Shown: piece by piece, positions 19,157 through 28,692 of the stretch
Layout: each line of letters opens with the position of its first letter
Position numbering within the stretch: the stretch's first letter is position 1
Source of the DNA: Candidatus Neomicrothrix sp.
GTDB lineage: Bacteria; Actinomycetota; Acidimicrobiia; Acidimicrobiales; Aldehydirespiratoraceae
Assembly: GCA_017852795.1 (NCBI GenBank)
Contig: JAFMKU010000005.1
Coordinates: 2,045-66,044 of the forward strand
Direction: 5' to 3'
DNA: 64,000 nt
Made by a program: the position numbers and the translations under genes
The notes under the pieces: model-generated
What the model saw: only the letters and a program-made list of their open reading frames with translations
What the model was told of the DNA's origin: nothing
The model's database searches: none

Positions 19157-20527
19157 ATGTGCCCAGAACCTCACCCTTCCTCACCAGTCGAAACTGCGAC
19201 TACCCCTGCAAAACCTTCACGCCCGAGGGCGCTGGGATTTCGGTATCTCTATGTCATCGACGCGGTGAGCTTGTTCGTGCTGATGCACCTCCTGATCGCG
19301 CTTCGCTTCGGTACCGAGTGGCCAACGTATGACTACCTGTATTACCTAGCCGGGTTCTCGATGGCCACGGTGATGCACATGGTCGTCTACTACTTCGGCG
19401 GCATGTACGAATACGAGCAACGACTCGGCTGGCCGCCTTGGCTCCCACGAGCCACGGTGCTCACCGGCGTCGCGGTGCTTATCAACGCCACGTTGGCGCT
19501 GGCCACCGACCGCTACCTGATGCCCCGCGGCAACCTGTTGGCATTGTTCTTCGCGGCCGCCGCGCTGGTCAGCTTCAACCGGTGGTTCGCCCGTCGGGTT
19601 CGGTCCCGGCGCTTCGGCAGGCCCCGCGTGCTGCTGGTCGGGTCACCCGATGAGATTCGCTTGGCCGAAAGCCACCTTGGCGATACCGGAAATCGAGCGC
19701 AGGTCGCCGGTACCGAAACGGACCCCACCGACCTGTTCGGCAGCGTCCAACGAACCGACGCAACCGACGTGCTGCTCCTGTCCGAGATCCCGTTGACCCG
19801 CATCTACCCAAGCCCGCTCGACCGCCTCGAACAACGCTCCGTCGGGGTTTACCGGCGGGTACACCCGGCCGACACGCTGCTCGGCCTCCAGCGCAGCCGT
19901 GAGATCGCCGGCGCCCCGTTCATCGCGCTTCGGACCCACGCCGTTCCCCAATACCGCCTTCGGCTCAAACGACTCATCGACCTGACGCTGCTGCTGCTGG
20001 CATCACCACTGATTGTGCTGGTGGTGACTGGCGCCGCGGCCTACACCCGGATCCGGGTGGGTTCAGGAATTCTGTACCGGCAGGAACGGGTCGGTTATCT
20101 CAGTTCAGAGTTCACGCTCGTCAAATTCCGAACCATGAGCGAAGACGCCGAAGCGCAAACCGGTGCAACGTTGGCCAGCAACGACGACCCCCGGGTGGTT
20201 CGCGGGATGCGCTGGTTCCGGGCTGCTCGCCTTGATGAACTCCCGCAACTGTGGAACGTGATCCGTGGTGAAATGTCTCTGGTCGGTCCCCGCCCGGAGC
20301 GACCAGAGTTCGTGAAGCGTTTCGCGAAGGAATACCCGGGGTACTTGCGTCGCCACGACACCCCTCCCGGATTGACTGGTCTCGCTCAGGTCCGCGGCGC
20401 CTACCAAACCAACCCGGGATACAAGCTGGGTCACGATCTGCAATACATCGTCAACTGGTCACCGGTGCTGGACTTGATCATCCTCGCCGAGACGTTCCGT
20501 GTCGTCTTGTGGAAGCCATCGCGGTGA
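19157..20527 (+). CDS. Polyprenyl-phosphate glycosylphosphotransferase (WbaP/bacterial sugar transferase family), priming enzyme
   Basis: 456 aa. N-terminal TM helices and the C-terminal motif KFRTM...LDELPQLWNVIRGEMSLVGPRPERPEF. The exact start is uncertain. Confidence 0.85.
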   Translation: MCPEPHPSSPVETATTPAKPSRPRALGFRYLYVIDAVSLFVLMHLLIALRFGTEWPTYDYLYYLAGFSMATVMHMVVYYFGGMYEYEQRLGWPPWLPRATVLTGVAVLINATLALATDRYLMPRGNLLALFFAAAALVSFNRWFARRVRSRRFGRPRVLLVGSPDEIRLAESHLGDTGNRAQVAGTETDPTDLFGSVQRTDATDVLLLSEIPLTRIYPSPLDRLEQRSVGVYRRVHPADTLLGLQRSREIAGAPFIALRTHAVPQYRLRLKRLIDLTLLLLASPLIVLVVTGAAAYTRIRVGSGILYRQERVGYLSSEFTLVKFRTMSEDAEAQTGATLASNDDPRVVRGMRWFRAARLDELPQLWNVIRGEMSLVGPRPERPEFVKRFAKEYPGYLRRHDTPPGLTGLAQVRGAYQTNPGYKLGHDLQYIVNWSPVLDLIILAETFRVVLWKPSR

Positions 20528-21546
20528 CCCAAGCCGAACCAGCCCAGATCTCCGTCATTATCCCGGTGAGAAACGCCGCACCGTTTCTCGACCGTTGCCT
20601 TGATCTGATCTTCCAACAAGTCGTCGATCGGCCGTTTGAAGTTGTCGTAGCCGTCGGGCCTTCCGACGATGCCACCGAGGCGATCGTGGCGCAACGAGCA
20701 GCGGCCGAACCGCGCCTTCGCGGGGTGGCGAACCCGAGCGGCAACACCCCAACCGGCCTCAACCTGGCCATCGCAGAATGCGTCGGCGATCTCGTGGTCC
20801 GTGTCGACGCCCAGTCCGAAATCCCCGACGGCTACCTGCAACGCCTGGCCGCCACGGCGTCTCGTACCGGTGCCGCCAACGTGGGTGGCCGCCAGCAGGC
20901 CGTCGGGTTTGACCCTTGGTCGGTCGCGATTGCTGCCGCCATGACCTCGCCGTGGGGGGCGGGTCCCGCCGCGTTTCGGCGCAGCACCCACGAAGGTCCG
21001 GTTGACACGGTCTATCTCGGCGCCTACGACCGGGCCTCGCTGGACGCGGTCGGTGGTTTCAACGAGGCGTTCCTACGGAACCAGGACTACGAGTTGAATT
21101 GGCGCTTGCGCCAGGCCGGCTACACCGTCTGGTTCGATCCCGAACTCCTCGTCACCTACCGGCCTCGGAACAGCCTCCGGGCGCTCGCCCGCCAGTATTT
21201 CGATTACGGCCAGTGGAAACGCCGAATGGTTTGGGCTGAGCCTCGTTCGCTGCGCCCCCGGCAGGTCGCCGCGCCGCTGCTGGTCGTCGGGTTGGCGGCT
21301 TCGCTGGTCACGTTGCCGTGGCTGGCCTGGTGGTCGCTAGTTGGGCCAGTCGCCTACCTGATGGCGGTGGCCGCAGTAAGCCTTCCCGTATCTGCGACCA
21401 CCCGCGAAACAACCGACCACCCCGCTGGCCAATCGGCCCGCGTTGGCCCGGCCTCGACCCTTCGCCGCTGGCCGAAGGTGGCCATGGCGATCGCCACCAT
21501 GCATCTCAGTTGGGGATGCGGGTTCTGGCTCAGTCTCGGGTCGTGA
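20509..21546 (+). CDS. Glycosyltransferase family 2
   Basis: 345 aa. ISVIIPVRNAAPFLDRCLD, a DxD-like VRVDAQ region, and C-terminal TM helices. An alternative GTG 24-nt downstream would give a GTGA overlap with the upstream gene. Confidence 0.8.
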   Translation: MEAIAVTQAEPAQISVIIPVRNAAPFLDRCLDLIFQQVVDRPFEVVVAVGPSDDATEAIVAQRAAAEPRLRGVANPSGNTPTGLNLAIAECVGDLVVRVDAQSEIPDGYLQRLAATASRTGAANVGGRQQAVGFDPWSVAIAAAMTSPWGAGPAAFRRSTHEGPVDTVYLGAYDRASLDAVGGFNEAFLRNQDYELNWRLRQAGYTVWFDPELLVTYRPRNSLRALARQYFDYGQWKRRMVWAEPRSLRPRQVAAPLLVVGLAASLVTLPWLAWWSLVGPVAYLMAVAAVSLPVSATTRETTDHPAGQSARVGPASTLRRWPKVAMAIATMHLSWGCGFWLSLGS

Positions 21547-22297
21547 GGGTGTTGTCACCCCGGCTCTCGACATGGTCAAGGTAGGCCGGAACCACCCGAT
21601 TGGGGTCGCCCATCTCAAGGATTCGACCGTGGTCAAGCCAGGCCGCCGAATCACACATCTGGCGCACCAGTTGTGAGTTGTGGGTTACCAGCACGATGGT
21701 GACACCTTCGCTCCGTAACCGATCAATATGGGCCATGCAGCGTTTCTGAAATTCTTCGTCACCAACAGCAATGACTTCGTCGACCAGCAGAATTTCGGGA
21801 CTGACGTTGACCGAAACCGCAAAACCGAGCCGGACATACATCCCGCTGGAGTAGATCTTGACCGGTTCGTCGATGAACTCGCCGATCCCGCTGAACTCGA
21901 TGATTTCGTCCATCGCGCTCGACATCTCTTTGCGGCCCAAACCCAGCATGGCGCCGTTGAGGTAGACGTTCTCGCGCCCGGTCAGATCGGGGTGAAAGCC
22001 AGATCCGAGTTCGAGCAGCGCCGCCAACCGACCCTCCGCGGTGATTGTCCCGACCGTAGGGCGATGAATGCCGGCGATGAGACGCAGCAGCGTTGATTTG
22101 CCGCTTCCGTTGTGACCAATCAGGCCAACACAACTACCGGGCTCGATCTGCAAGTCGATGTCACGCAGCACCCAGAAATCGTCTGCGTCGGTACGGCGAC
22201 CCATCCGGATGATGGCTTCTTTGAGGCTGCTAGGCCGGTTGCGTTCCAGTTGGAACCGTTTCGACACCCCTGAGACAACGATTTCACCGACGGTCAT
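21530..22297 (-). CDS. Polysaccharide/O-antigen ABC exporter ATP-binding protein (Wzt/TagH-like)
   Basis: 255 aa. Walker [20 protein letters not shown], signature YSSGMYVRLGFA, Walker B LLVDEVIAVGD. 4-nt overlap with the permease gene. Confidence 0.85.
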   Translation of the reverse strand: MTVGEIVVSGVSKRFQLERNRPSSLKEAIIRMGRRTDADDFWVLRDIDLQIEPGSCVGLIGHNGSGKSTLLRLIAGIHRPTVGTITAEGRLAALLELGSGFHPDLTGRENVYLNGAMLGLGRKEMSSAMDEIIEFSGIGEFIDEPVKIYSSGMYVRLGFAVSVNVSPEILLVDEVIAVGDEEFQKRCMAHIDRLRSEGVTIVLVTHNSQLVRQMCDSAAWLDHGRILEMGDPNRVVPAYLDHVESRGDNTLTTRD

Positions 22298-23115
22298 GGT
22301 TCCTCACTGATCTCCATGCTCCGCGCCCGGAAATACACCCACCCGACGGTGAACGCAGCACCACTCCAAGCAGTCGCCACAAGCAATTTGGTGATGGACG
22401 GCACCTGAAGGAAGTAGGCACCGTCCCGGGCTATCTCCACGAACAACGCCGGAGGGTTCCACTCGACCAGCAGCCGAGTCGGGATCCCCCGTGTGTGTTC
22501 CGGCACCAGTTCCAGCGGGTACACGATCGGGACCAGGAAGAACCCAACGTTGAGAACCACCCCCACCAGATATTGCACGTCTCGGTAGCGCGCGTTGCTG
22601 ACCGCCACGATGAACCCCAACCCCAACGCGAACACGATGGCCAAAATGAGCGCCAACAGCAGGAACACCACCGTCCAAGAAATGTTGCGGAAGGCGACCA
22701 TGATCGACACCAGCACCAACGCTTCGAGACTGGTCTGGATCCCGTTCGACACGGCCCCACCCAGCAACGCGGTTTCGGTCGGGAAATACACCTTCTTGCG
22801 GAGGTCGCTCACCCCAGCCAACCAACCCATGCATCCGTTGACCACACCGGTGAACAACGACCAAGTGATCAAACCACAGAACAAGTACAGACCGAAGTTT
22901 TGTGCTCGACCGCTACCGGTGGGCGGCGGGGGCGTGTCAAACACCACACCGAACACGAAGCCGTACACCACCACGGTGGTCAGCGGGTTAACAAAGGACC
23001 AGAACCAACCGAGCACGCTGCGCTTGTAACGCGCCTTCGATTCGCGTTCCGCAAAGTTGTGGATGAGGTTCAGGCTCTTACGAAGAGCTGGGGAAAGATC
23101 AGGCATCGTGGTCAA
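22294..23115 (-). CDS. ABC-2 type polysaccharide exporter permease (Wzm-like)
   Basis: 273 aa, about 6 TM. N-terminal RESKARYKRSVLGWFWSFVNPL is typical of ABC-2 permeases. Confidence 0.8.
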   Translation of the reverse strand: MTTMPDLSPALRKSLNLIHNFAERESKARYKRSVLGWFWSFVNPLTTVVVYGFVFGVVFDTPPPPTGSGRAQNFGLYLFCGLITWSLFTGVVNGCMGWLAGVSDLRKKVYFPTETALLGGAVSNGIQTSLEALVLVSIMVAFRNISWTVVFLLLALILAIVFALGLGFIVAVSNARYRDVQYLVGVVLNVGFFLVPIVYPLELVPEHTRGIPTRLLVEWNPPALFVEIARDGAYFLQVPSITKLLVATAWSGAAFTVGWVYFRARSMEISEEP

Positions 23116-23172
23116 ACCCCGAGTGAGGCAACAACGATCCTAGCGAGCGACAGCGGGCGCTACAGTGCATGG

Positions 23173-24393
23173 GTGGTCGCCAATTCGTTCCGAACTGCGC
23201 TCGCCGCGGCGTGGATCGTGGTTTTAGCCAATGGTCCTCTCATTTTTGTGACCCAACGACTCCTCGACCGGTCAACCGCGTGGGAAACCGTGCCGATCCG
23301 TCCGGTCATCGTGGCGACCGCGCTTTCCGCACTGGTACTGGTGAGTTGGGACCATTTCCGGTCCCGACGGGTGCTCGCACCGATCGTTGCTCCGTTGCCG
23401 TTGCTGGCCGCGTTACTGCTGGGCGGCTGGGCGGCATTGAGCGCATCGTGGAGCCTCCAACCCAGCGTCTCGTTGTGGCGAGGACTGGTCTACCTCGCAC
23501 TTCCCTTCGTGGGTTGGGGCATTGCCTCAATCCGACCAAACCGCATCATCGACGTGCTCGCCTTGGCCAGCGGGGCCCTCATCTCCACCAGCCTGATACT
23601 CGTCATCTGGTGGCCCCGGATCGGGCTTGACAAAAACGACGACTGGCGGGGAATCATGACCGGCCGCAACAGCCTCGGCCCGATCTGTGGCATCGCCGTG
23701 CTCGTCGGCGTAGCCGCCTTGGTGGAACGCCGTCGTTGGGCGATCCCGTTAACCGCAGCGGGAATGGTGGGGTTGGCGGGCTCCGGTAGTCGCACGGCGT
23801 GGGGAGCGACGCTGGTGGCCCTCGGCCTGGCATCGCTTCTGGTGTTGGCCCGACGCCGACACCTACGAAACCAACAACGCCCAAACCTGTGGATCTGGAT
23901 ACCCGCCAGCGGAGCCGGGCTAGCGGCCATCGCGTTCGCCACCGTGCAGTTCTGGGATGAATCAACGTTCGTTCAGCGCCGCACGATTTGGCGTCTGCTC
24001 AGCGACACGATCGAATCGGCCCCGTTGCGAGGCGTCGGATGGGAAGCGTTCTGGTACACCTCAGAGTTACATACCGACATTCTGTTACAGCGAGGCTCGG
24101 CTCACGGATCGATCCCTGAGCTGCTGCTCGGGTTGGGTGTGGTCGGGTTGGCGCTGTGGCTCGTGGTGGTAGTCGCCGCGATGATCGGTGTGACCCGACG
24201 GGCCTGGCAACAACCCGACACCACCGCCTGGCTCTGGTTAAGCCTGACCGTTCTGCTTGTCGTGGAAAACCTGACCGAAAGCTTCGTGCTCTGGTTCTCT
24301 TACAACTGGGTGCTGCTCATCGCCGCCGCCCTGCGATTCTCGAGCCGCTGGCCCGCAATTTCCGGACCAGACGACGAAGCAGACTCGGCCTGA
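23173..24393 (+). CDS. O-antigen ligase/polymerase-like (Wzy_C-type) polytopic membrane protein
   Basis: The track ORF (22495..24393) extends antisense through wzm. The first plausible start after wzm is GTG 23173 (VVANSFRTALAAAWIVV). It has many TM helices and a GSGSRTAWGATLVALGL loop resembling the O-antigen ligase motif. Confidence 0.6.
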   Translation: MVANSFRTALAAAWIVVLANGPLIFVTQRLLDRSTAWETVPIRPVIVATALSALVLVSWDHFRSRRVLAPIVAPLPLLAALLLGGWAALSASWSLQPSVSLWRGLVYLALPFVGWGIASIRPNRIIDVLALASGALISTSLILVIWWPRIGLDKNDDWRGIMTGRNSLGPICGIAVLVGVAALVERRRWAIPLTAAGMVGLAGSGSRTAWGATLVALGLASLLVLARRRHLRNQQRPNLWIWIPASGAGLAAIAFATVQFWDESTFVQRRTIWRLLSDTIESAPLRGVGWEAFWYTSELHTDILLQRGSAHGSIPELLLGLGVVGLALWLVVVVAAMIGVTRRAWQQPDTTAWLWLSLTVLLVVENLTESFVLWFSYNWVLLIAAALRFSSRWPAISGPDDEADSA

Positions 24394-25300
24394 TCATCGC
24401 CTGCGCCGAGGCTAGGTCGTACTCGTGCCGAGACCCTGCGCCCGGTTGAAAGTGGGCTGCGGCGACCCGCCGGGCGTCACCCGCGGGAAGCAGAAGAGGA
24501 CGGGCCGACAGCCGATCGATCACGACACCATGAGTTGCGACCCAAACCGGGGGCAGTTCGGCTTCATTCGCGTTCCCGGCATCGAGTTGTCGATAAAGAG
24601 AAGTTGGCTCGTCGATGGAATGAACCCCGGTCAACGGAGCAACCCGCATCAGCAGATCCCAGTCTTCGTAGACGGGCAAAGCCTCATCAAAGCGCAGTCC
24701 AAAAGTGTCCAGCACCGGCCGCGCCAACGCCACCGCACAGATTGGGGTTTCGTTGTGGCTGACATGAGCCAGCAGATCAAAAACCGGAGCGAACGGTTCG
24801 TGCACAGACCCGGCCGGCCGGCGCGGTTCGCCACTTCCGTCCGTGGCCCAGCTCTGGACTTCAGTACGAGCCCGTGGAGTGGTCAACGGATGGGCCTGAA
24901 TGACCTGATCAAACGAAGCAAGCCAGTTCGGATAAGCCAGGTCGTCGTCATCAAGGAAGCAAACATAATCGCCCGTTGCCAGATCGAGACCACGATTGAG
25001 CGGGCGGGACCGACCACCACCTTGGACCAGATGAACCACTGCCGGAAGACCATCGACGCTCGACACCGTTGCTCGGACTGAGGCCAGTTCAACTGGTTCA
25101 TCGTTGGTCTCCGCCAGGTGAGCCATGACCAGAACTTCATGCGGGACCAACGTCTGCTCGGCCAACGACCGTAACGCGTCAGCTAACGAACCAGGTCGCC
25201 GCCCCTGCGTCCGAACAATCACGCTAAACCGGACCGGACCCTCAGGGTTCCAGCTCGGCCACGACCTGGAACCGCCTAGCTGCTCGTACGGTGTGGTCAC
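24317..25300 (-). CDS. Glycosyltransferase family 2
   Basis: 327 aa. FSVIVRTQGRRPGSL and DxD CFLDDDDLAYPNW. 4-nt overlap with the upstream GT gene. Confidence 0.8.
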   Translation of the reverse strand: MTTPYEQLGGSRSWPSWNPEGPVRFSVIVRTQGRRPGSLADALRSLAEQTLVPHEVLVMAHLAETNDEPVELASVRATVSSVDGLPAVVHLVQGGGRSRPLNRGLDLATGDYVCFLDDDDLAYPNWLASFDQVIQAHPLTTPRARTEVQSWATDGSGEPRRPAGSVHEPFAPVFDLLAHVSHNETPICAVALARPVLDTFGLRFDEALPVYEDWDLLMRVAPLTGVHSIDEPTSLYRQLDAGNANEAELPPVWVATHGVVIDRLSARPLLLPAGDARRVAAAHFQPGAGSRHEYDLASAQAMIRPSLLRRLVRKLRASGSRIAGRRR

Positions 25301-27081
25301 CGAAGGAAACCCCGACGACGTAGATGACGATCGTCGGAACGACGACGAAACGAGATGCGAAGGTTGCGAGGACCAAACCGGCGACGACGTTCGACCCGCT
25401 GCGGGTCGGGGGTTGACGACCGGAAACTCCGCAACGACTTCAGCGATTCCTCAGCATCGGTCACTCGATGGGAAAGCTCCGTCACCAGATGGTCTCGGTT
25501 GGCAATGGTTGCCACCAGCACTTCTCGTTGAGCGTCGATTACAGCCATCCGGTCACGGATGGTGAGCAAATCTCGGCGGAGCGTTTCGATATCGTTCGAG
25601 TCAAGCGCCTCCTCGATGATCGCCGGAAGTTCCTTCTCTGGTTCAGGGAGGCGAGTGACAACCTTGATCGTTGGTTCGCTCTGCTCAGCCGGTCGCAACC
25701 GCGGCTGATGAAAGGTCGACGACGTCATGGGCTGACGCAGCGACCCCACATTCCAAGTTCGAATCGGCGGGAGGTGGTCGGCGTTGAGCCGACGGTTATG
25801 CGGCAAATCGGGACGGTGAAACCCCGGGTGATACCAAGGGTCGTCAATCTGCCCCCAGCGGCCCACGAACGTATTCCACTCTTCAAGTTTGATGGCATCG
25901 TCGCGGCTGGCGCTCTCCAAATGGACGAGCTGAGCTGCGGGTTCAAACACCACCCGATGACCATGACGTCGGAGTTTGAGGCAGAGGTCAACGTCATTGA
26001 ACGATCCCGGAAGTTTCTCGCACAACCCACCGACCGCCATCACCGCCGAGCGACGGACCAACATGCAGGCCGCGGTCACCGCGATCATGTCCCGAGGAAT
26101 GTCCCCGCCGAGGGTGGCCAATTCATCAACGGTTCGGCCGACGAAACAATGAAGCGGGAAGGCGTCGTCGATAATCATGCCCGCATGCTGCACGGTCCGG
26201 TCCGGGTAGAGCAGCAGCGCACCCACCGCGGCGACGGTCGGGTCGCTGAGATGACCCAAAAGGTGGTCAAGCCAATCCGAGTTCACCCGATCACCCGCGA
26301 CACTGAGCTCAGTATCATCATTGAGCAGCAGTACGGCGTCGTGGCGGGCGGGCAACAAGCCGAGGTTGATCGACTCCGAGAAGTTCCACGCTCCCGGAGG
26401 TCGGCGCACCAATCGAATCCGCGGGTCGGTGAGAAGATCTTCGGGGATGCCCCGGTATTCCTCACCGACGACCAGCATCACATCCAAATCTTCGATACCG
26501 GTGGCAAACACCGCTCGTAGTGCACCGTCCACCAAACGACCATTGGGACCATGCGTGCCGGCGGTCGGAATGATCACGCTGACCCCGGTCGGTCGGGGTA
26601 GACGGTACCGGGCGGCAAGTAATGACTCGGCCAGTTCCCGGTCGGCATCGCTGACCTCGCAGGCCGCGGTACGCAGCAGCATCGGTTTAGCGAGATGCCC
26701 GATCCGTTGATCGTCGGTGGAGAACAACACCCGGAGTCGGTCGGCGAGCGCACCGGAAGGGTGGACACCGCGGGCCACGACAAAATCAAGATTTTCGGGT
26801 CGGGCCGCAATCCAGTTCGGTGACCACGCGCCTCGTAGGCGAGGAGCGCCAGCGACGACAGCATCAACGATGAACGCATCCACATCGGGGTGTTCGTGAA
26901 GTCGGGCCAAAATTTCTTGGGCCGCGTTGGGCACGAGATGGCTATCGCCATCAACCATCACCGTGGCGACAATGCCAGGGGTCTCCGGATTGGTCGTCCA
27001 GTATTGGCTGGCGTGACGTCCAAGCGAACGTTTGAGAGCGGTTCCCGGTTCGGCAGCAACGAACAAGACAGGCATGGGCAA
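25297..27081 (-). CDS. Glycosyltransferase family 2 with N-terminal extension and C-terminal coiled-coil/basic tail
   Basis: 594 aa. The GT-A core has VSVIIPTAGTHG, LLLNDDTEL and FNDVDLCLKLRRHG. The C-terminal roughly 120 aa are heptad-like (DIETLRRDLLTIRDRMAVIDAQREVLVATIANRDHLVTELSHRVTDAEESLKSL) and Arg-rich. Confidence 0.75.
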   Translation of the reverse strand: MPMPVLFVAAEPGTALKRSLGRHASQYWTTNPETPGIVATVMVDGDSHLVPNAAQEILARLHEHPDVDAFIVDAVVAGAPRLRGAWSPNWIAARPENLDFVVARGVHPSGALADRLRVLFSTDDQRIGHLAKPMLLRTAACEVSDADRELAESLLAARYRLPRPTGVSVIIPTAGTHGPNGRLVDGALRAVFATGIEDLDVMLVVGEEYRGIPEDLLTDPRIRLVRRPPGAWNFSESINLGLLPARHDAVLLLNDDTELSVAGDRVNSDWLDHLLGHLSDPTVAAVGALLLYPDRTVQHAGMIIDDAFPLHCFVGRTVDELATLGGDIPRDMIAVTAACMLVRRSAVMAVGGLCEKLPGSFNDVDLCLKLRRHGHRVVFEPAAQLVHLESASRDDAIKLEEWNTFVGRWGQIDDPWYHPGFHRPDLPHNRRLNADHLPPIRTWNVGSLRQPMTSSTFHQPRLRPAEQSEPTIKVVTRLPEPEKELPAIIEEALDSNDIETLRRDLLTIRDRMAVIDAQREVLVATIANRDHLVTELSHRVTDAEESLKSLRSFRSSTPDPQRVERRRRFGPRNLRISFRRRSDDRHLRRRGFLR

Positions 27082-27108
27082 CCGCGATGCTACCGGGACC
27101 GACGAAGC

Positions 27109-28086
27109 TCAGGAAGGCAACGCATCGCTGATGCCACGAAGCTCCGAGTCGGAGTCGAGCTGGTCGAGGAACCACGCGTAGGTGGATCGGATGCCGTCGT
27201 CAAGGCTGTGGGTTGGGGACCAACCGAGGGCGCTGAGACGGCTGACATCGAGCACTTTCCGGGGAGTGCCATCGGGTTTGGACTCGTCAAACACCAGATG
27301 GGCCGCCGGGTTGACAATGCTGCGAACCAGCTCGGCGAGTTCTCGGATCGGGAGGTCTTCACCGGTGCCGACGTTGATGTGCTCTTCTCCGCCGTAGTGC
27401 TCCATCAAAAACAGGCAGGCATCCGCGAGGTCATCCACATGAAGGAATTCGCGCATCGGAGTTCCAGTACCCCAGATCGTGACTTCGGGATCTTCGGCCT
27501 CCAGCGAGTCGTGGAACTTGCGGATCAGCGCCGGCAGCACGTGGGACGATTCGAGGTCGAAGTTGTCACCAGGCCCGTACAGGTTGGTGGGCATCGCAGA
27601 GATGAAGTCGCATCCGTACTGGCGTCGGTACGCCTGACAGAGTTTGATGCCAGCGATCTTGGCGATTGCGTACCATTCGTTGGTCGGTTCAAGCGGGCCA
27701 GCCAAAAGCGCATCCTCAGAGATGGGCTGGTCGGCTTCACGCGGGTAGATGCAAGACGAGCCGAGGTACAGCAGTTTGGTGCAGTTCGCCTGCCGGGCCG
27801 CTTCCACGACAGTCCCGTGAATCATCAAGTTGTCGTAGATGAACTCGGCCGGGCGGGTCGAGTTGGCAAGGATCCCCCCGACGGTTCCCGCCACCAAGAA
27901 CACGTAGTCGGGTTGGTTGGCCTGAAACCAGCTCAAAACCTCGGATTGGTTGCGAAGGTCAAGTTCTTGACGGCTTGCGGTGAGGATGTTGTTGAAGCCT
28001 TCCGCACGCAGTTTGCGGGTAATCGCTGATCCGACGAGCCCCCGATGCCCGGCCACGAAAACTCGGGCGTTTCGTTCAATCGGCAT
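27109..28086 (-). CDS. fcl: GDP-L-fucose synthase (GDP-4-keto-6-deoxy-D-mannose 3,5-epimerase/4-reductase)
   Basis: 325 aa. [49 protein letters not shown] and [12 protein letters not shown] are near-canonical Fcl/WcaG motifs. Confidence 0.9.
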   Translation of the reverse strand: MPIERNARVFVAGHRGLVGSAITRKLRAEGFNNILTASRQELDLRNQSEVLSWFQANQPDYVFLVAGTVGGILANSTRPAEFIYDNLMIHGTVVEAARQANCTKLLYLGSSCIYPREADQPISEDALLAGPLEPTNEWYAIAKIAGIKLCQAYRRQYGCDFISAMPTNLYGPGDNFDLESSHVLPALIRKFHDSLEAEDPEVTIWGTGTPMREFLHVDDLADACLFLMEHYGGEEHINVGTGEDLPIRELAELVRSIVNPAAHLVFDESKPDGTPRKVLDVSRLSALGWSPTHSLDDGIRSTYAWFLDQLDSDSELRGISDALPS

Positions 28087-28259
28087 GTCACCCCCCGTGG
28101 CTCAGCGTGCCGTCTTGGTGCTTCGTAGGATGCCACGTAGCTCGTGGCGTTACTTTCCCTACAGACGCTAACAGCCGACGATGGCCGACGGTTAGGTCTC
28201 GCCGTTGACCGATTCACCGACTGTTACTCTTCGGTCGAGAAACCACAAAGGAGGGTGCA

Positions 28260-28670
28260 GTGGTCTTTGCATGGCAGGACGATCATCGGCGGTTTTGTGA
28301 GGATCACATCTGGGGGATTCTGGCTACCGGCCGACGAGATGGCTCACCCCAACAGTCCATGGTCGGTTACCTCCTGAACGCCGAGGGCCAGTTGGTGGTT
28401 TCCGCGAAGAGCACCACCGCGAAATGGCACAATGCGTTGCGGCAACCGTCGGTGAGCTTGACCGTTACCGAAGGTCGAGCCCATCTGGTGATCTACGGAC
28501 AGGCAGAAGCCATCTCCGAAGACCCCGAGCGGGCCAACCTCACCGCTGACGTTTTCGCGGCGCTTACCGGCAGTGACCGTCCCGACCCCGCGTCGATACT
28601 GCCGCTACTGAACGCGGATCGACGAGTAATCCTCCGGATACATCCGAGCCATACCGTCTTCCAGGACTAA
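28260..28670 (+). CDS. Pyridoxamine-5'-phosphate-oxidase-fold protein (probable F420/FMN-dependent)
   Basis: 136 aa. GTG start preceded by AAGGAGGG. The pattern ILATGRRDGSPQQSMVGYLL...TTAKWHNALRQPSVSLTV is typical of the PPOX split-barrel family. Confidence 0.65.
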   Translation: MVFAWQDDHRRFCEDHIWGILATGRRDGSPQQSMVGYLLNAEGQLVVSAKSTTAKWHNALRQPSVSLTVTEGRAHLVIYGQAEAISEDPERANLTADVFAALTGSDRPDPASILPLLNADRRVILRIHPSHTVFQD

Positions 28671-28692
28671 TCAATTAGCCCGTCTGCGCTAG

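Noticed and set aside
22495-23172. 5' extension of the 632-aa ORF 22495..24393
   Set aside because: The first ~225 codons run antisense through the wzm permease gene and encode a His/Gln/Arg-rich non-membrane sequence. The membrane protein only begins after 23115, so I trimmed the start to GTG 23173.
25468-28029. Plus-strand ORFs 25468..26520 (350 aa) and 26890..28029 (379 aa)
   Set aside because: They are antisense to the GT2 gene and to fcl, both of which carry strong family motifs. No motifs appear in the antisense products.
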